Origin: an uncultured Verrucomicrobiae bacterium
Lineage (GTDB): Bacteria > Verrucomicrobiota > Verrucomicrobiia > Chthoniobacterales > Chthoniobacteraceae
Reading direction: 5' to 3'
DNA: 64,000 nucleotides
Assembly (NCBI GenBank): GCA_963836755.1
Contig: CAWIKF010000001.1
Location: 384,001-448,000, forward strand
This document shows, one piece after another, positions 13,690-22,824 of this stretch. Every line of letters starts with the position of its first letter. Position 1 is the stretch's first letter. A model generated the notes under the pieces. It was given only the letters and a program-made list of their open reading frames with translations, searched no databases and was not told the origin of the DNA. The translations under genes and the position numbers were made by a program.

Positions 13690-13966
13690 CTGCGTGCAGG
13701 ATCGCCCAAACGGGAGCCGCGCGGGCGACCCGGCGTGCCGGATCGGTCAAACAGGAGCTGTGCGGGCGATCCTGAGTGCCGGATCGGTCAAATCGGAGCT
13801 GCGCGAGCGATCCTGCGTGCCGGATCGGTCAAACAGGAGCTGCGCGGGCGACCCGGGGTCTAGGATCGTTCAAATCGGAGCTGTGCGAGCGAGCCGGCGT
13901 GCAGGATCGGTCGCGCGGGAGCTGTGCGAGCAAGTCTGCACGCAGATTCGCCCAAACCGGGAGCCG
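13690..13966. repeat. 41-bp tandem repeat, six full units plus one partial, non-coding
   Basis: Units start at 13690, 13731, 13772, 13813, 13854, 13895 and 13936; consensus approximately CKGCGTGCMGGATCGGTCAAAYVGGAGCTGYGCGRGCGAYC. Confidence 0.9.
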
Positions 13967-14034
13967 TTTCACCAGATCCTTCGCACGACTCGGAATGAAG
14001 GTTAAAAAAAGTTCGCTGCCGCGCGGCGAGGCTG

Positions 14035-14062
14035 TTGACTTTTCCGCGAGAAATTTTAAAAA
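14035..14062 (+). promoter_or_regulatory. Putative sigma70 promoter, probably giving a leaderless transcript
   Basis: TTGACT-N16-TAAAAA ends 7 nt before GTG 14070. Confidence 0.4.
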
Positions 14063-14069
14063 CGCGCCC

Positions 14070-14459
14070 GTGCCCCGCGCTGCTCTCCGCTTCGGCCAAT
14101 GGCTGCTCGTCGCCGCTCTGCTGAGCGCGACCGGCGCCCAATGGCTCGCGCTGCAATCGGTGGCGTGGGGGACGATGCTGGTCGATTACGCGCAGCATGA
14201 CGGGTGGGCCACGGCGATTGAGAAAACCTTCGACGGCTTGCATCCGTGCGCTCTTTGCAAAAGCATCGCGCAGGGGAAGAAGGCGGAGAAAAAGCCCGAG
14301 GCAGTCGTCGTGGTGGTAAAGTTGAATTGGTTTCATCAGTCGCAAAATCTGGTGCTGGCGAGGCCGGCAGCGCCCTGGACGTGGCGCGTGGAATCGGGTG
14401 GGTGCGAGGCGCGTTTTGAGCAGCCCGCGCTGCCACCGCCGCGAAGCGCGCTCGCGTAG
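14070..14459 (+). CDS. DUF2946-like small membrane protein with CxxC and C-terminal polyproline motif (putative regulatory leader ORF)
   Basis: Hydrophobic N-terminus, TFDGLHPCALC, and C-terminal FEQPALPPPRS. Confidence 0.65.
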   Translation: MPRAALRFGQWLLVAALLSATGAQWLALQSVAWGTMLVDYAQHDGWATAIEKTFDGLHPCALCKSIAQGKKAEKKPEAVVVVVKLNWFHQSQNLVLARPAAPWTWRVESGGCEARFEQPALPPPRSALA

Positions 14460-14563
14460 TTCGCCGTTTCCCGACGCCGTGCGTGTGCACGTGCCGTCAA
14501 ACTTTTACCCGCGCGGAGAGTCGCGCCGTTGCGCGGCGTTCCGCCACTTCATTCCACTCTTTT

Positions 14564-15620
14564 ATGAAAACAAATCATCTCCACTTTTATCCTCACTTCC
14601 GTCATGGCAGTCGCCGCCGCCCATGCGTGCGATCTGTGCGGCTGTTACACGCCGCAACTCGAAACCAGCATGTCCGAGCCGGCCGGCCCGCTGACCAATC
14701 AGCATCCGGAGGCCGCGACCTCGTCTTCGCGGCTTTACGGCGCGGTGGGCGAGCAGTTCACGCATTTCGGCACCACGCAATACAACGACCACGAAGTCGC
14801 GAACCCGACGGGCCAGCGGCTGGAAAGTTCCATCACGCAGATCGTCGCCGGCTACACGTTCACCGACCGCTTTGCGCTGCAGGTCAATGTCCCGCTCATC
14901 TACCGCTATTACAAACGGCCGGATGGGTTCGAAATCGATCGCGGCACGGAATCGGGCGTCGGCGATGTGTCGGTGCTCGGGAAGTTCGTCCTTTTCCACA
15001 CCGAGGCGCTTCGTTCGCAGGAAAGTTCCGGCGATGGAAAAAATGCCGTCGTCACGCAAGGCGAGCCGGACTTTACGGCATCGGCCGTCTTGCTCGGTGG
15101 CGTCAAAGTTCCCACCGGCGACAGCCATCGCATCTCGGAGGAATTTCACGAAAACGATGTCGAGGGCGCGCCGGAAAGCGGCATCCACGGCCACGATCTC
15201 ACGCTCGGCACCGGCTCGTGGGACGCGATCATGGGCGCGCAGGTTTCGATGCGTTACAAGAATGCGTTTTTCGAGGCCGACTCGCAATTCACGCTGCGCG
15301 GCGAGAGCCACTACAGCTATCATTTCGCGAATGATCTCTCGTGGAGCGGCGGCCCCGGCTACTACCTGATCCGCCATCGCGACGCGCTGCTCGGCCTGCA
15401 ATGCGTGCTCTCTGGCGAAAACAAAAGCACCGACCGATTCCAGGGACGCGTCGCCGATGACACCGGCGTGACCGCGCTCTACGTCGGGCCGAAAGTGCTG
15501 GTTTCGTTCGGCCGCTACAGCGGAGAAATCGGCGCCGATCTGCCGGTGCTGATGAACACGACGAAGTTCCAGGTCGTGCCTGATTATCGCATCCGCGCTG
15601 GATTCGCGGTGCGGTTTTAA
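14564..15620 (+). CDS. Outer-membrane beta-barrel transporter-like protein (MetA-pathway/phenol degradation-like) with metal-binding motifs; apparent +1 frameshift in the signal peptide (~14570)
   Basis: Removing one A joins ATG 14564 to give MKTIISTFILTSVMAVAAAHA-CDLCGC. Also GVGDVSV, GVKVPTG and LGTGSWD motifs and a terminal Phe. Confidence 0.7.
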
Positions 15621-15676
15621 ATCGTGCGTCGCAGGAGAAACTTTGTTCCGCGTCCCGCTCTTTTAAAACGAATCCG

Positions 15677-16868
15677 CTACGCGAAAAAGCGCTCCGGCGG
15701 CATCATCGGCTGCGGCTTGCAAATGCGATCGACGCAGCTCTGCCAGCTTTCGTGGCCGGTGAGGATTTCGATTTCGACGCGCAAAAAATACATCGGCACG
15801 TCAAACTTTTCGAGCCGCGGCAGTCGCACGCAATCCTTCTCCGTCGTGATGACGGCGTCGACGTCGCGGTTCGAGCAGCGCGCGATGAAGCCGCTGACTT
15901 CCTTGTCGGTAAAACGATGATGGTCCGCGAAATGCCGCGTGAGTTCGATGTTCGCGCCGAGCTCGCGCAGCGCCATCTCGAAGCTTTCCGGCGACGCGAT
16001 TGCGCTGAGCGCTCCGACGTATTTCCCGCGCAGCCAGTCGAGCGGCAGCCGTTCGCCGGTCTGCACGTGCTCGAGGTATTGCGGGCGATGCGCGCACTCG
16101 ATGATCTCGGCGGTGCGATTGTAAAGTGCGGATGCGCTCGATGAGTTCCTTGTTGCCCGCCGGCGTGCTTTTCGTGATGAAAATATACGAGGCGCGTCGG
16201 AGATTTTTCGGCGGCTCGCGCAGCGTTCCGCGCGGCAAAAGATATTCGTTTCCAAACGGCGCCTGGCAATCGATGAGCACGATGTCCAAACGATGTTTTA
16301 AATGAATGAACTGCATCCCGTCATCGAGCAGCAGCGTGTCGCAGCCCATTTTATCGATGGCGTAGAGCCCGCTCGCGACGCGGTTTTTGTCCACCAAGAC
16401 GATCACGTCCTTCAAGTTCACCGCGAGCATGTAGGGCTCGTCGCCGGCCATGCGCGAGTCGAGCAAAATGCTGGTGCCGTCGCTGACGATGCGCGGCTGG
16501 TAAGGCGCGCGATTGGTGAGCGCGTGGATCCATCTTTTTAACAGCGGCAGCTTTTTGCTTTTGTAGCCGCGGCTCAGGATCGCGACGCGCCGCCCGCCGG
16601 CCTGCAGCGCGCGAGCGAACTTTTCCACGACCGGAGTTTTGCCCGTGCCGCCGACGGTGAGGTTGCCAATCGCGATCACGAGACAGCCGAGCTGCCGCTC
16701 GCGCTTGATGCGTTTGCGATAAAGCCAGAGCCGGAATTGCACGGCGCCGCCGTAAACATGCGACAACAGATATAAAACAGCGCGCAACACCGCCGCACGC
16801 TTGCCGCCGCGCTGCTCGAGGATGACCTCGATGGCAAACTGCTCGAACTCCTCCAGCCAGCGCCGCAT
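15677..16868 (-). CDS. lpxK: Tetraacyldisaccharide 4'-kinase; apparent +1 frameshift near 16125
   Basis: [28 protein letters not shown] and LPRGTLREP in frame 1; FADHH and TTEKD in frame 2. Confidence 0.93.
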
Positions 16869-17705
16869 TTAAAAAAGGATGCGCACGCCGTCGTTGTCCG
16901 CCGTGGTGATGATGGTGCGCGCGCTTTTTTCGCCGCTCGCCGCGAGCATCGCCGCGGCAACTTTTTCCGCGTCGCGCAAAGTCACGCAGCAGATCGTCGA
17001 GCCACTGCCGCTGAGGAATCCGCCGAGCGCGCCGGCCGCTTCGCCCGCGCTGATGACATTGTTTAAAAATGGGATGAGCGGCTCGCGAAACGGCTGGTGA
17101 AGCCCATCTGCGAACGCTCCGCGCAATTGCGCGTAATTCTGCGACGCAAAGGCGGCGGTGATTCGGCAGGCGTTCGCGCAGCTCGCGGCGGCGGCAGTGC
17201 GGTCGATCTGCGCGGGCAGCACGCGCCGCGCATCGGGCGTCGCGATTTCAAAATCGGGAATCAACAAAACGAATTGCAACGCATCGGCGACGAGAAAACG
17301 CGCGGGCGCTTCGCCGCCGGCGACGGTGAAGCCGCCGAAGGCCGCGGGCGCGGCGTTGTCGGGGTGGCCTTCGAGTTCCGCGCAAAGTTTAAACAGCCGT
17401 TGCGACGAGAGCGGCGTGTCCGCGAGGACATTGAGCGCGTGCAAGATGCCGAGGCGCACCGTGACGCTGCTGCCGAGCCCGCGCGACCGCGGCACGTCGC
17501 CGGAGATTTCAAAATCGAACGCAAACGGCGCGACCGACGCCGCTGCGAAAAAAGCCGCAGCCGCTTCCGCCGGCATGCCGTCCGAACTTTGATCGGCGTC
17601 GCATTTCCAGACGCGGACGCGATTGTAAATCTGCAGCGCGACGCCGAGGCAATCGTATCCGGGGCCAAGATTCGCGGTGGTCGCGGGGATCTGGATGGTG
17701 ACCAT
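16869..17705 (-). CDS. thrB: Homoserine kinase
   Basis: PATTANLGPGYD, PRSRGLGSS, EGHPDN and LSGSGST motifs. Confidence 0.95.
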   Translation of the reverse strand: MVTIQIPATTANLGPGYDCLGVALQIYNRVRVWKCDADQSSDGMPAEAAAAFFAAASVAPFAFDFEISGDVPRSRGLGSSVTVRLGILHALNVLADTPLSSQRLFKLCAELEGHPDNAAPAAFGGFTVAGGEAPARFLVADALQFVLLIPDFEIATPDARRVLPAQIDRTAAAASCANACRITAAFASQNYAQLRGAFADGLHQPFREPLIPFLNNVISAGEAAGALGGFLSGSGSTICCVTLRDAEKVAAAMLAASGEKSARTIITTADNDGVRILF

Positions 17706-17707
17706 GA

Positions 17708-17815
17708 GATTTAGGATTTGGAATTTGGCATTTAGGAAGTTGCTCGCGAAACGCGCGCCGTTGCGAAAGGCTGCTTACTTCCTAAATCTTAAATCCTAAA
17801 TCCTAAATTCTTAAA
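17708..17815. repeat. Inverted repeat built from tandem heptamers (GATTTAG)n ... (CTAAATC)n
   Basis: Left arm 17708-17740 is GATTTAG GATTTGG AATTTGG CATTTAG GAAGT; right arm 17777-17809 is ACTTC CTAAATC TTAAATC CTAAATC CTAAATT; a 36-nt spacer lies between. Confidence 0.85.
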
Positions 17816-18559
17816 ATGTCCCGCCTCGACGACCGCGCGCCCAGCCAACTTCGCCAAGTTTCTTTCACGCCAAACATCGCGCCGCATGCGACCGGCTCCG
17901 TGTTGGCGGCGTTTGGCGAGACGCGCGTGATTTGCGCGGCGATGATTGAAGAGGGCGTGCCGCGCTGGATGAAAGAGCAGCGGGTGAGCGGTGGCTGGAT
18001 CACGGCGGAATATTCGATGCTGCCGTATTCGACGCTCGGGCGGAAACCGCGCGATATTTCGAAGGGAAAACTCGACGGGCGCGGCGTTGAAATCCAGCGA
18101 CTCATCGGGCGCTCGCTGCGCGCGGCGGTGGATCTGGAGCTGCTCGGCGCGCGGACGCTGTGGATCGATTGCGATGTGTTGCAGGCCGATGGCGGGACGC
18201 GCACGGCGGCGATCACTGGCAGTTGCGTGGCCGTCGCGCTCGCTTTTCAAAAACTGCTCGCTGAAAAAAAAGTGGCGCAGTTGCCGATCAAAAAAATGAT
18301 CGCAGCAGTCAGCGTCGGCATCGTGAACGGCGAGCCGATGCTCGATTTGAATTACGAGGAGGACAAGGAGGCGAGCGTCGATCTGAACATGGTGTTAACG
18401 GAAGATGGCCACTTTGTGGAAGTGCAGGGCGCGGGCGAGGAGGCGACTTTTTCGCAGGAGGAATTTGTGGCGATGCTCGAGCTCGGGCGGCGCGGCGTCG
18501 TTGATTTGATTGTTGCCCAAAAGGCCGCGCTCGCGCAATTTACGCCGCTGAATTTATGA
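17816..18559 (+). CDS. rph: Ribonuclease PH
   Basis: [21 protein letters not shown] and [18 protein letters not shown] motifs. Confidence 0.97.
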   Translation: MSRLDDRAPSQLRQVSFTPNIAPHATGSVLAAFGETRVICAAMIEEGVPRWMKEQRVSGGWITAEYSMLPYSTLGRKPRDISKGKLDGRGVEIQRLIGRSLRAAVDLELLGARTLWIDCDVLQADGGTRTAAITGSCVAVALAFQKLLAEKKVAQLPIKKMIAAVSVGIVNGEPMLDLNYEEDKEASVDLNMVLTEDGHFVEVQGAGEEATFSQEEFVAMLELGRRGVVDLIVAQKAALAQFTPLNL

Positions 18560-19554
18560 AAAAAGCGCTCATCACCGGAATCACCGGCCAGGACGGTTCG
18601 TATCTCGCCGATTTGCTTTTGAAAAAAGGTTACGAGGTCCACGGGATCATCCGGCGCGCGAGCACGTTCAACACTTCGCGCATCGATCATCTTTACCAGG
18701 ATCCGCATGTGCACGGCGTGCATCTTTTTTTGCATTACGGCGATCTCGCGGACGCGCTGAATTTGACGCGCTTGATCGATCGCGTCGGGCCGGATGAAAT
18801 TTACCATCTCGGCGCGCAAAGCCACGTGCGCGTGAGTTTCGACATCCCGGAATACACGGGCGACGTGTCGGGGCTCGCGACGATCCGCATCCTCGAGGCG
18901 ATCCGCGAATCAAAAGTGCAGGCCCGTTTTTACCAGGCCTCGTCGAGCGAAATGTATGGCAAAGTGCAGGCGGTGCCGCAGATCGAGACGACGCCTTTTT
19001 GGCCGCGCAGCCCGTATGCGGTCGCGAAAGTGTATGCGTATTGGGCGACGGTGAATTACCGCGAGAGCTACGGCATGCACGCGAGCAATGGCATTCTTTT
19101 CAACCACGAAAGTCCTCGTCGCGGCGAGACTTTCGTGACGCGGAAAATCACGCGCGCTGTCGCTCGGATCAAACGCGGACTGCAAAAAGATTTGTATCTC
19201 GGCAATCTCGATTCGAAGCGCGACTGGGGTTACGCGAAGGAATACGTCGAAGGAATGTGGCGCATGTTGCAGCAGGAGACGCCGGACGATTACGTGCTGG
19301 CGACGAACGAAACGCACACGGTGCGCGAGTTTGTCGAGGCATCGTTCGCGCGGGTCGGTCTCGACTGGCAGGAGTATGTGAAATACGATGCGCGCTACGA
19401 GCGGCCGGCCGAGGTGGATTTGCTGATCGGCGATCCGGCGAAAGCGAAGGAAAAGCTCGGTTGGGAACCGAAGGTGCGTTTCAAGGAGCTCGTGGAAATC
19501 ATGGTCGACGCGGATTTGAAAGAGATCGACCAGCCGGGGACGATCCATCTTTAA
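18556..19554 (+). CDS. gmd: GDP-mannose 4,6-dehydratase
   Basis: [28 protein letters not shown] and [17 protein letters not shown] motifs. Confidence 0.97.
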   Translation: MKKALITGITGQDGSYLADLLLKKGYEVHGIIRRASTFNTSRIDHLYQDPHVHGVHLFLHYGDLADALNLTRLIDRVGPDEIYHLGAQSHVRVSFDIPEYTGDVSGLATIRILEAIRESKVQARFYQASSSEMYGKVQAVPQIETTPFWPRSPYAVAKVYAYWATVNYRESYGMHASNGILFNHESPRRGETFVTRKITRAVARIKRGLQKDLYLGNLDSKRDWGYAKEYVEGMWRMLQQETPDDYVLATNETHTVREFVEASFARVGLDWQEYVKYDARYERPAEVDLLIGDPAKAKEKLGWEPKVRFKELVEIMVDADLKEIDQPGTIHL

Positions 19555-19638
19555 GCTTTGTCGGCGAGTTGGCCAATGCTGCGCCAACTTGGATCCCATT
19601 TTTATCCAGCCGCCGCGCGCGACCGTGCCAGAAATCGC

Positions 19639-19678
19639 TTGACCGCGCGCGGTGAAGCCGAGAGTGTATCCGCCCTTT
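19639..19678 (+). promoter_or_regulatory. Putative sigma70 promoter of rpmB with GC-rich discriminator
   Basis: TTGACC-N17-GAGTGT-ATCCGCCCTTT; the 14-mer TGTATCCGCCCTTT recurs upstream of uvrA. Confidence 0.5.
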
Positions 19679-19691
19679 AACACGGAAATTT

Positions 19692-19955
19692 ATGTCGAGA
19701 CTTTGCGCCATCACCCAAGCCAAGCCCTCCAAGGGCCACGTCATCCATCGCCGAGGCATGGCGAAGAAAAAAGGCGGCGTCGGCCGTCACGTCACCGCGA
19801 ACACGCCGCGCATGTTCCTGCCGAACCTCAAGGTGCGCCGCATTTGGGTCGCGGAACTGAAGAAGTTCGTCACCGTGAAATTGACGGCACGCGCAATTAA
19901 AACCGTGACGAAAAACGGTGCCTATGCCACGCTGAAAAAAGCGGGCGTCATCTAG
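19692..19955 (+). CDS. rpmB: 50S ribosomal protein L28
   Basis: MSRLCAIT, RRGMAKKKGGVGRH and FLPNL; this is the long PVC-type L28. Confidence 0.95.
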   Translation: MSRLCAITQAKPSKGHVIHRRGMAKKKGGVGRHVTANTPRMFLPNLKVRRIWVAELKKFVTVKLTARAIKTVTKNGAYATLKKAGVI

Positions 19956-19993
19956 ATTTCGCCGCGCCCAACCAAAATCCAACCAACCCAACC

Positions 19994-20203
19994 ATGGCCT
20001 ACACAGTAACCAGCAAAAAATCAGGCAAAACCTATCACCTGCATGAGCGCAGGCAAAAACTCAAAGGCGGACAAGAAGTGACGCTTTATTTCTTCGCGGG
20101 CCAACCGCAGGACGGCGCGATCGAGCAGCTCCCGAATGGCTACGAAGTCTCGGAAAACACGAAGACCGGTTTGCCCTTGCTCAAGAAAAAAGTCGCGGCC
20201 TAA
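19994..20203 (+). CDS. Small basic hypothetical protein (69 aa)
   Basis: Clean ORF with host-like codons and an A/C-rich leader, between rpmB and a strong terminator. Confidence 0.8.
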   Translation: MAYTVTSKKSGKTYHLHERRQKLKGGQEVTLYFFAGQPQDGAIEQLPNGYEVSENTKTGLPLLKKKVAA

Positions 20204-20229
20204 GCCGCTTCCGCAATCGAACATTTTCC

Positions 20230-20267
20230 CGGCGGCTCGGTCGAAGGATCGAGCCGCCGATTTTTTT
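20230..20267 (+). terminator. Intrinsic terminator
   Basis: CGGCGGCTCGGTC-GAAG-GATCGAGCCGCCG followed by A and T7. Confidence 0.85.
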
Positions 20268-20271
20268 GTCC

Positions 20272-21231
20272 ATGAACGAAATCACCACTCCCATCCCCGT
20301 GACGATCCTGACCGGCTTTCTCGGCGCGGGAAAAACCACGTTGCTGAATTTTATTTTGCAGCAGCAGCACGGCTACAAATTCGCAATCATCGTCAACGAA
20401 GTCGGCGAGATCGGCATTGACGGCCAGCTCGTGGAGAACCAGCGCGAGGAAGTCGTGCAGATGAACAACGGCTGCGTCTGCTGCACGGTGCGCAAGGATT
20501 TGGTGAAGGGCGTGCAGAAACTTTTGCAGCGCGGCGGCTTCGATTACCTGCTCATCGAGACCACCGGCATCGCCGATCCCGGCCCGGTCGCGCAAACTTT
20601 TTTAAACATCCCGCAGCTCACCAAACTCGTCCGGCTCGATTCGATCATCACCGTGGTGGACGCCGAGCAGATCGAGAAACAAATGGGCGAGACCGAGACA
20701 GCGCGCGAGCAAATCGCGATGGCCGATTTTGTCCTGCTCAATAAAACGGACCTTGTGGACGGTGTGCACCTGGAAAAAACCGAGACGGAAATTCGCGCGC
20801 TCAATCCGCACGCGGAAATTTTTCGCACAAGCCAGTCTCAGGCGAACCTGCGCGAGCTGCTCGACATGAACGCTTTCAACGTGGACCAAAAAATCGCGGT
20901 CGATCCGCGATTTCTCGACGAGCTCGAGCATCGGCATCACGAGGATATTTCCTCGATGTCGTTTCGCTTCGACCGGCCATTCAATGTCGATAAGTTCGAA
21001 CTTTTCGTGCAGGAACTTTCCTCGCGCGAAAAAGTTTACCGCTCAAAAGGCATCATCTCCATCGCGCAAAATCCGCGGCGCGCGATTTTTCACGGCGTCA
21101 ATAATCGCTTCACGATCTTCTGGGATCGGCTCTGGAACAAGGACGAGGAGCGAATCAGCCAACTCGTTTTCATCGGGAAAAAACTCGATCAAACCGCCAT
21201 CAAAAGAAGCCTGGAAAAGTGTCTCGCTTGA
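20272..21231 (+). CDS. COG0523/CobW-family metallochaperone GTPase
   Basis: TGFLGAGKTT, NEVGE, GCVCC, ETTGIADP, NKTD and YRSKG motifs. Confidence 0.92.
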   Translation: MNEITTPIPVTILTGFLGAGKTTLLNFILQQQHGYKFAIIVNEVGEIGIDGQLVENQREEVVQMNNGCVCCTVRKDLVKGVQKLLQRGGFDYLLIETTGIADPGPVAQTFLNIPQLTKLVRLDSIITVVDAEQIEKQMGETETAREQIAMADFVLLNKTDLVDGVHLEKTETEIRALNPHAEIFRTSQSQANLRELLDMNAFNVDQKIAVDPRFLDELEHRHHEDISSMSFRFDRPFNVDKFELFVQELSSREKVYRSKGIISIAQNPRRAIFHGVNNRFTIFWDRLWNKDEERISQLVFIGKKLDQTAIKRSLEKCLA

Positions 21232-22769
21232 AAAATTTACTTCTCTGCGGCGCGATTTTGAGCGCGCTTATGCTTTCGGCGGCGCGCGCCGACGATTCAC
21301 AATCGTCGCCATCGCCCGCGCAAAAAGCCGATGCGTCGCCGAAGCCGGAAAAAGAATCCGCCGATGCGAAGGAGGCGCCGCCAAAGGAAACCATCGGCAC
21401 CGCGCAAATCGCCGGGGCGTCGCTCGCCTACCATGTGAAGACCGGCATGATGCCGATTTTGAAAGACGACGGCGGCGTGCGCGCGAACTTGTTTTACGTT
21501 TATTACAAGCTCGATTCGGGAGGCGATGCGGCGAAGCGCCCGATCACTTTTTGTTTCAATGGCGGGCCCGGATCGTCTTCCGTCTGGCTGCATCTCGGCG
21601 CCTTTGGACCAAAAAAAGTTCAGCTTCCGTCGGGAACTGAGGCGTCGTCGCCAGCTGCGAAAATCGTGGATAATCCGAACTCGATCCTCGACGCGACCGA
21701 CCTCGTTTTTATCGATCCGATCGCGACCGGGCTGAGCCGCGCGGCGAAAGGGGAAAAGCAGGAGCAATTTTTCGATGTGGATGAAGACATCAAGGCCGCT
21801 GGCGAATTCATCCGGCTTTTCGTTACGCGCGAAAACCGCTGGCTCTCGCCGAAGTATCTATGCGGCGAAAGTTACGGCGGGCTGCGCGTCGGCGGGCTCG
21901 TGCCGTATTTGCAGGATGAGCACGGGATGAACATCGACGGCGTGATTGTTCTCTCCGGGCTGCTGGATTTCGAGACGCTCTACGAGGACGGCAGCAATGA
22001 ACTGCCGTTTGTGCTTTCGCTGCCTGCGTTCGCCGCGACCGCGTCTTATTATCATAAACTCGCACCCGATTTGCAGGCCGATCTTCCGAAGGCGCTGCGC
22101 GAGGCGCGCGAGTTTGCGCACGGCGCATACGCGACGGCTTTGTTGAAAGGAAATGCGATTGATCCCGGCGAAAAACAGCGCGTCGCCGAGCAGCTCTCGC
22201 GTTTCACCGGCCTCGCCGCGCGCGACATCAGCGACACGAATCTGCGCATCACTCCCGATATTTTTCGAAGCCTGCTGCTGCGGCAGGAGGGAAAAATTCT
22301 CGGCCGCTTCGATGCGCGCATCACTGCGGACAGCCGGGAAAAACTTCACAATTGGCCCGAGTTTGACCCGTCGCTTTCGGCCGTGCTGCCGATTTTTTCC
22401 GCCGGCGTGAACGACTACGTTCGCGACAATCTCGGCTACAAAAGCGATGCGCCTTATCACGTGCTCGGCGCGCTGCCGTGGCATTACGGGCAGTTTTCGA
22501 ATCGCTACGCGTCGATGACTGAAAAACTCGGCGGAGCGCTTCGGCAGGATCCGCACATGCGTCTGCTGGTGCTGCTGGGCAAATACGATCTGGCGATTCC
22601 CGGCGACGAGATGCGCTACAGCATCGATCATCTGCCAATCCCGGACAGCCTGCGCGGCAACGTCACTTTCGCGAGCTACGACAGCGGCCACATGATGTAT
22701 TTGAACCCGCCAGATGCCGCCAAATTGCGCGCCGACCTCCTCGCCTTTTATCACGGCACGAAACCTTGA
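21219..22769 (+). CDS. Secreted serine carboxypeptidase, S10 family
   Basis: Signal peptide; FNGGPGSSS, DP..TGLS, GESYGG and SGHMMY motifs. Start uncertain (21219 or 21228). Confidence 0.92.
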   Translation: MSRLKNLLLCGAILSALMLSAARADDSQSSPSPAQKADASPKPEKESADAKEAPPKETIGTAQIAGASLAYHVKTGMMPILKDDGGVRANLFYVYYKLDSGGDAAKRPITFCFNGGPGSSSVWLHLGAFGPKKVQLPSGTEASSPAAKIVDNPNSILDATDLVFIDPIATGLSRAAKGEKQEQFFDVDEDIKAAGEFIRLFVTRENRWLSPKYLCGESYGGLRVGGLVPYLQDEHGMNIDGVIVLSGLLDFETLYEDGSNELPFVLSLPAFAATASYYHKLAPDLQADLPKALREAREFAHGAYATALLKGNAIDPGEKQRVAEQLSRFTGLAARDISDTNLRITPDIFRSLLLRQEGKILGRFDARITADSREKLHNWPEFDPSLSAVLPIFSAGVNDYVRDNLGYKSDAPYHVLGALPWHYGQFSNRYASMTEKLGGALRQDPHMRLLVLLGKYDLAIPGDEMRYSIDHLPIPDSLRGNVTFASYDSGHMMYLNPPDAAKLRADLLAFYHGTKP

Positions 22770-22778
22770 GGCGGCATA

Positions 22779-22818
22779 TTGCTATTCGTTGCGCGCTGCA
22801 CGAATGTATCCGCCCTTT
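22779..22818 (+). promoter_or_regulatory. Putative sigma70 promoter of uvrA
   Basis: TTGCTA-N17-GAATGT-ATCCGCCCTTT, the same layout as the rpmB promoter. Confidence 0.45.
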
Positions 22819-22824
22819 TAAAAA

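Noticed and set aside
13690..13966. CRISPR array
   Set aside because: The units are contiguous and similar along their whole length, with no unique spacers and no cas genes in the window.
13694..14069. ORFs 13694-14005 and the 5' part of 13776-14459 as repeat proteins
   Set aside because: The 41-bp period is not codon-phased, and a promoter-like sequence and a better GTG start lie downstream at 14035-14070.
15677..16868. lpxK (and uvrA, proA, GT2) as pseudogenes or programmed frameshifts
   Set aside because: There are no slippery-site signals or other decay, and the uniform +1 insertions point to sequencing error.
19692..21231. Zur-regulated zinc-starvation operon (Cys-poor L28 plus COG0523)
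   Set aside because: A strong terminator separates the genes, I saw no Zur-box-like palindrome, and this L28 looks like the ordinary PVC form.
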